Below the pieces are notes generated by a model, which searched no databases, was not told the DNA's origin, and saw only the letters and a program-made list of their open reading frames with translations. A stretch of 63,206 nt of DNA, filler included, from Choristocarpus tenellus KU-1152 (lineage: Eukaryota > Protista > Phaeophyceae): NCBI GenBank assembly GCA_964200185.2. It is 9 parts of 9 records of this genome, joined end to end, with 100 filler letters (N's around TTAATTAATTAA, not from the genome) between each part and the next. Parts side by side here need not be neighbours in the genome. Positions count along the whole stretch, not along the records: positions 59,543 to 63,206 come from CAXNAD020018639.1; 8 more parts are not named here. One strand, given 5' to 3'. Positions 62,235 through 63,206 of this stretch are shown piece by piece (position 1 is the stretch's first letter; each line of letters begins with the position of its first letter). The translations under genes were made by a program, and so were the position numbers.

Positions 62235-62368
62235 AGATTCATCTCCTGGTTATGCCATATCTAGATTCATCTCCTGGTTATGCTGTATCTAGATTCATCT
62301 CCTGGTTATGCTGTATCTAGATTCATCTCCTGGTTATACCATATCTAGATTCATCTCCTGGTTAAGCC
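62235..62368. repeat. 28-bp minisatellite, ~5 units
   Basis: agattcatctcctggttatgcyrtatct is repeated. Confidence 0.92.
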
Positions 62369-62584
62369 ATGTGTAGGACGTCCGTACGGGTTGATTTAAA
62401 GAATCAACAGTGGCATCTTCTGTGGATGTATATATATATTTTTTTGGAGATCGGCCCGTGATATATATATATCTATATTTTTTTTTAGAGGTCGCTGAGG
62501 TCTATGTTACTGGTTCTCAGTGTATTCAGCCCCTTTCCAATGCGAAAAGTTGGGTCGTACCCGATTTGCGGCCTCTAAAAATAA

Positions 62585-62618
<34 letters not shown>

Positions 62619-63206
62619 TTAGACCACATTAGAGTACCTGCCCCCTCCCAGTGGGCAGTCACAGGCTTTTAAGTCCTTTTCGTGACCACGTAACTACAAC
62701 TCTAATACTAAATCTCTATGGGTTTATTGTTTCCTAACAAAACAAGTGCGATGGCGCAAGTATGCACCACCTCTGGCAATGGCGTGAACAAAAGACCGAA
62801 TTAAGTGTTGTTGTGATTGATGATGATGATGATGTTGTATTTTTTTTTAACTCTTTTTCTTTTCCTATGAGAAAAAAGAAAAAAAGAAAAAGTCAAAACT
62901 GTGAAGAATGTAAGAATGATTTAACCATCCTTTTCTTGTGATCAAAATTGAAATTTTGTGTTGACTGTGGAAAATATTTACAATTTCCTGCTTTTTTTTT
63001 GTTGTCTCGACTGTGGAAAATTTGAAATAATTTACTGACTCCGTTTTGATTTTTTGAACAGAGCTCGAGTGCATTCTATTTCTGCACTGCTGCTGCTACT
63101 ACTACTGCCCCCCTATTTTTTTTTTTTTTTTTTCTCCATGCCCTGATTTTGCTTGCTAAAACATTTTGCCATTATTGCAGTCAGTCCATGTGAGCCCGAA
63201 GACACC

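Noticed and set aside
1-63206. rRNA, tRNA or a prokaryotic operon/defence system
   Set aside because: None was recognised by eye; coding density and introns indicate eukaryotic nuclear DNA.

Overview
Eukaryotic, intron-rich nuclear DNA, most likely a brown alga or related stramenopile. This is inferred from an EsV-1-7-repeat gene, interstitial TTAGGG repeats and GT-AG introns; no database search was run. The window is not one locus: it is 9 contigs joined by artificial 100-bp N44-TTAATTAATTAA-N44 linkers, so adjacency across linkers means nothing. Host genes: a 17-exon, phase-consistent fragment (~1230 codons, minus strand) of a giant protein built from ~135-aa bacterial-adhesin-like Ig repeats; an unknown gene with a 1.9-kb exon; an EsV-1-7 Cys-repeat gene; an isolated first exon; and a Gly-rich exon. 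Mobile DNA dominates the rest: 15 copies of a ~255-bp MITE with 3-bp target-site duplications (TSDs), a related poly-G MITE at many contig ends, two decayed intron-containing Sola2-like transposase genes, a DEKWF-type mariner relic, pogo-like relics, a Ty3/Gypsy RT relic, a 98-bp perfect-hairpin element and several minisatellites. The most unusual item is a 7-exon, lightly pseudogenised gene with a ParB/Srx-like domain, an HTH-like region and a C4HC3 PHD-like finger. Family assignments come from motif recognition by eye and need HMM confirmation.
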